Assembly: GCF_006345805.1 (NCBI RefSeq)
Contig: NW_021829909.1
Coordinates: forward strand, 1 to 35,291
Length of the DNA stretch: 35,291 nt
Direction of reading: 5' to 3'
Source: Octopus sinensis
Lineage: Eukaryota
Shown here: one piece after another, positions 34,645 to 35,291 of the stretch
Layout: every line of letters starts with the position of its first letter
How positions within the stretch are numbered: the first letter of the stretch is position 1
The notes under the pieces: model-generated
What the model saw: only the letters and a program-made list of their open reading frames with translations
What the model was told of the DNA's origin: nothing
Database searches by the model: none
Position numbers and translations under genes: made by a program

Positions 34645-34665
34645 GTGTGCGTGCGTGCGTGCGTG
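34589..34665. repeat. (TG)n/(TGCG)n microsatellite
   Basis: Direct inspection. Confidence 0.95.
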
Positions 34666-35105
34666 TAAGGGCGAACTGATTTTGTTTGTTATAGGACATA
34701 TTAATGCTCTAACGTTTTTATGAATTTTTATGAAATTATATTTTAAAATCTCACAGGTAGAAGCAAAGTTTCTACAAGTGAAGAAATTCGAAGCCTTGAT
34801 TTCGTATAATGGTAGAACGCTCGTCAAGTTTACTGAAGACTGGGTTGGAGAGCGACAGGCAACCTCCCAGTTTCTCCGTACAAGACATTTTTTTTAATCC
34901 ACTATTCTACACGCAATTATTCCTAGCTTCATTTCTTAGATTTCCAAATTCTTATGACATTAGCAATACTACGTCTCTATTTCTCTTCTGTATCTCTTCG
35001 GCCTAATTCTTTCTCGTTTGATACAAACATGCGCATATTCACAAATATAGATGCACAAATACACACATACAGATACATGTACACATAAACGCACATGTAC
35101 ATACA

Positions 35106-35110
<5 letters not shown>

Positions 35111-35172
<62 letters not shown>
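35111..35172. repeat. (TG)n microsatellite
   Basis: Direct inspection. Confidence 0.95.
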
Positions 35173-35174
<2 letters not shown>

Positions 35175-35291
35175 ATACATACATATGTTTTACATGGACA
35201 AACTAAAATGCATTAAACACAGTATAGAGAAATATTTCTAAAATGTTATAGTTCTTTCTCGATAAGCAGGAAGTGACTGATATTCCTTAGA

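Overview
Repeat-dense eukaryotic genomic DNA, AT-rich and full of microsatellites. The SINE and mariner families resemble those I know from octopus, so a coleoid cephalopod is inferred, not proven. No host protein-coding gene can be identified with confidence, and most long ORFs in the supplied track are microsatellite artefacts. The window is a retroelement and transposon patchwork: two Tx1-clade (L1-like) LINEs in tandem (10285-16143 probably near full length, 16264-19747 5'-truncated); two different Penelope-like elements (PLEs), one carrying a minimal hammerhead-ribozyme-like motif; three RTE fragments; a hAT-like (hATm-type) transposon with ~280-bp TIRs; two mariners; many tRNA-derived SINEs; a ~200-bp fold-back hairpin; and a ~505-bp tandem triplication. 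Most interesting: (1) both Tx1 copies, from diverged subfamilies, are bounded at every junction by (GATA)n/(TATC)n in a compatible register, suggesting a microsatellite-targeting LINE; (2) one SINE family carries a 3' tail alignable to the Tx1 3' end, including a stem-loop just before AATAAA, suggesting a SINE/Tx1-LINE partnership. All family assignments rest on motif recognition by eye; no database search was run.
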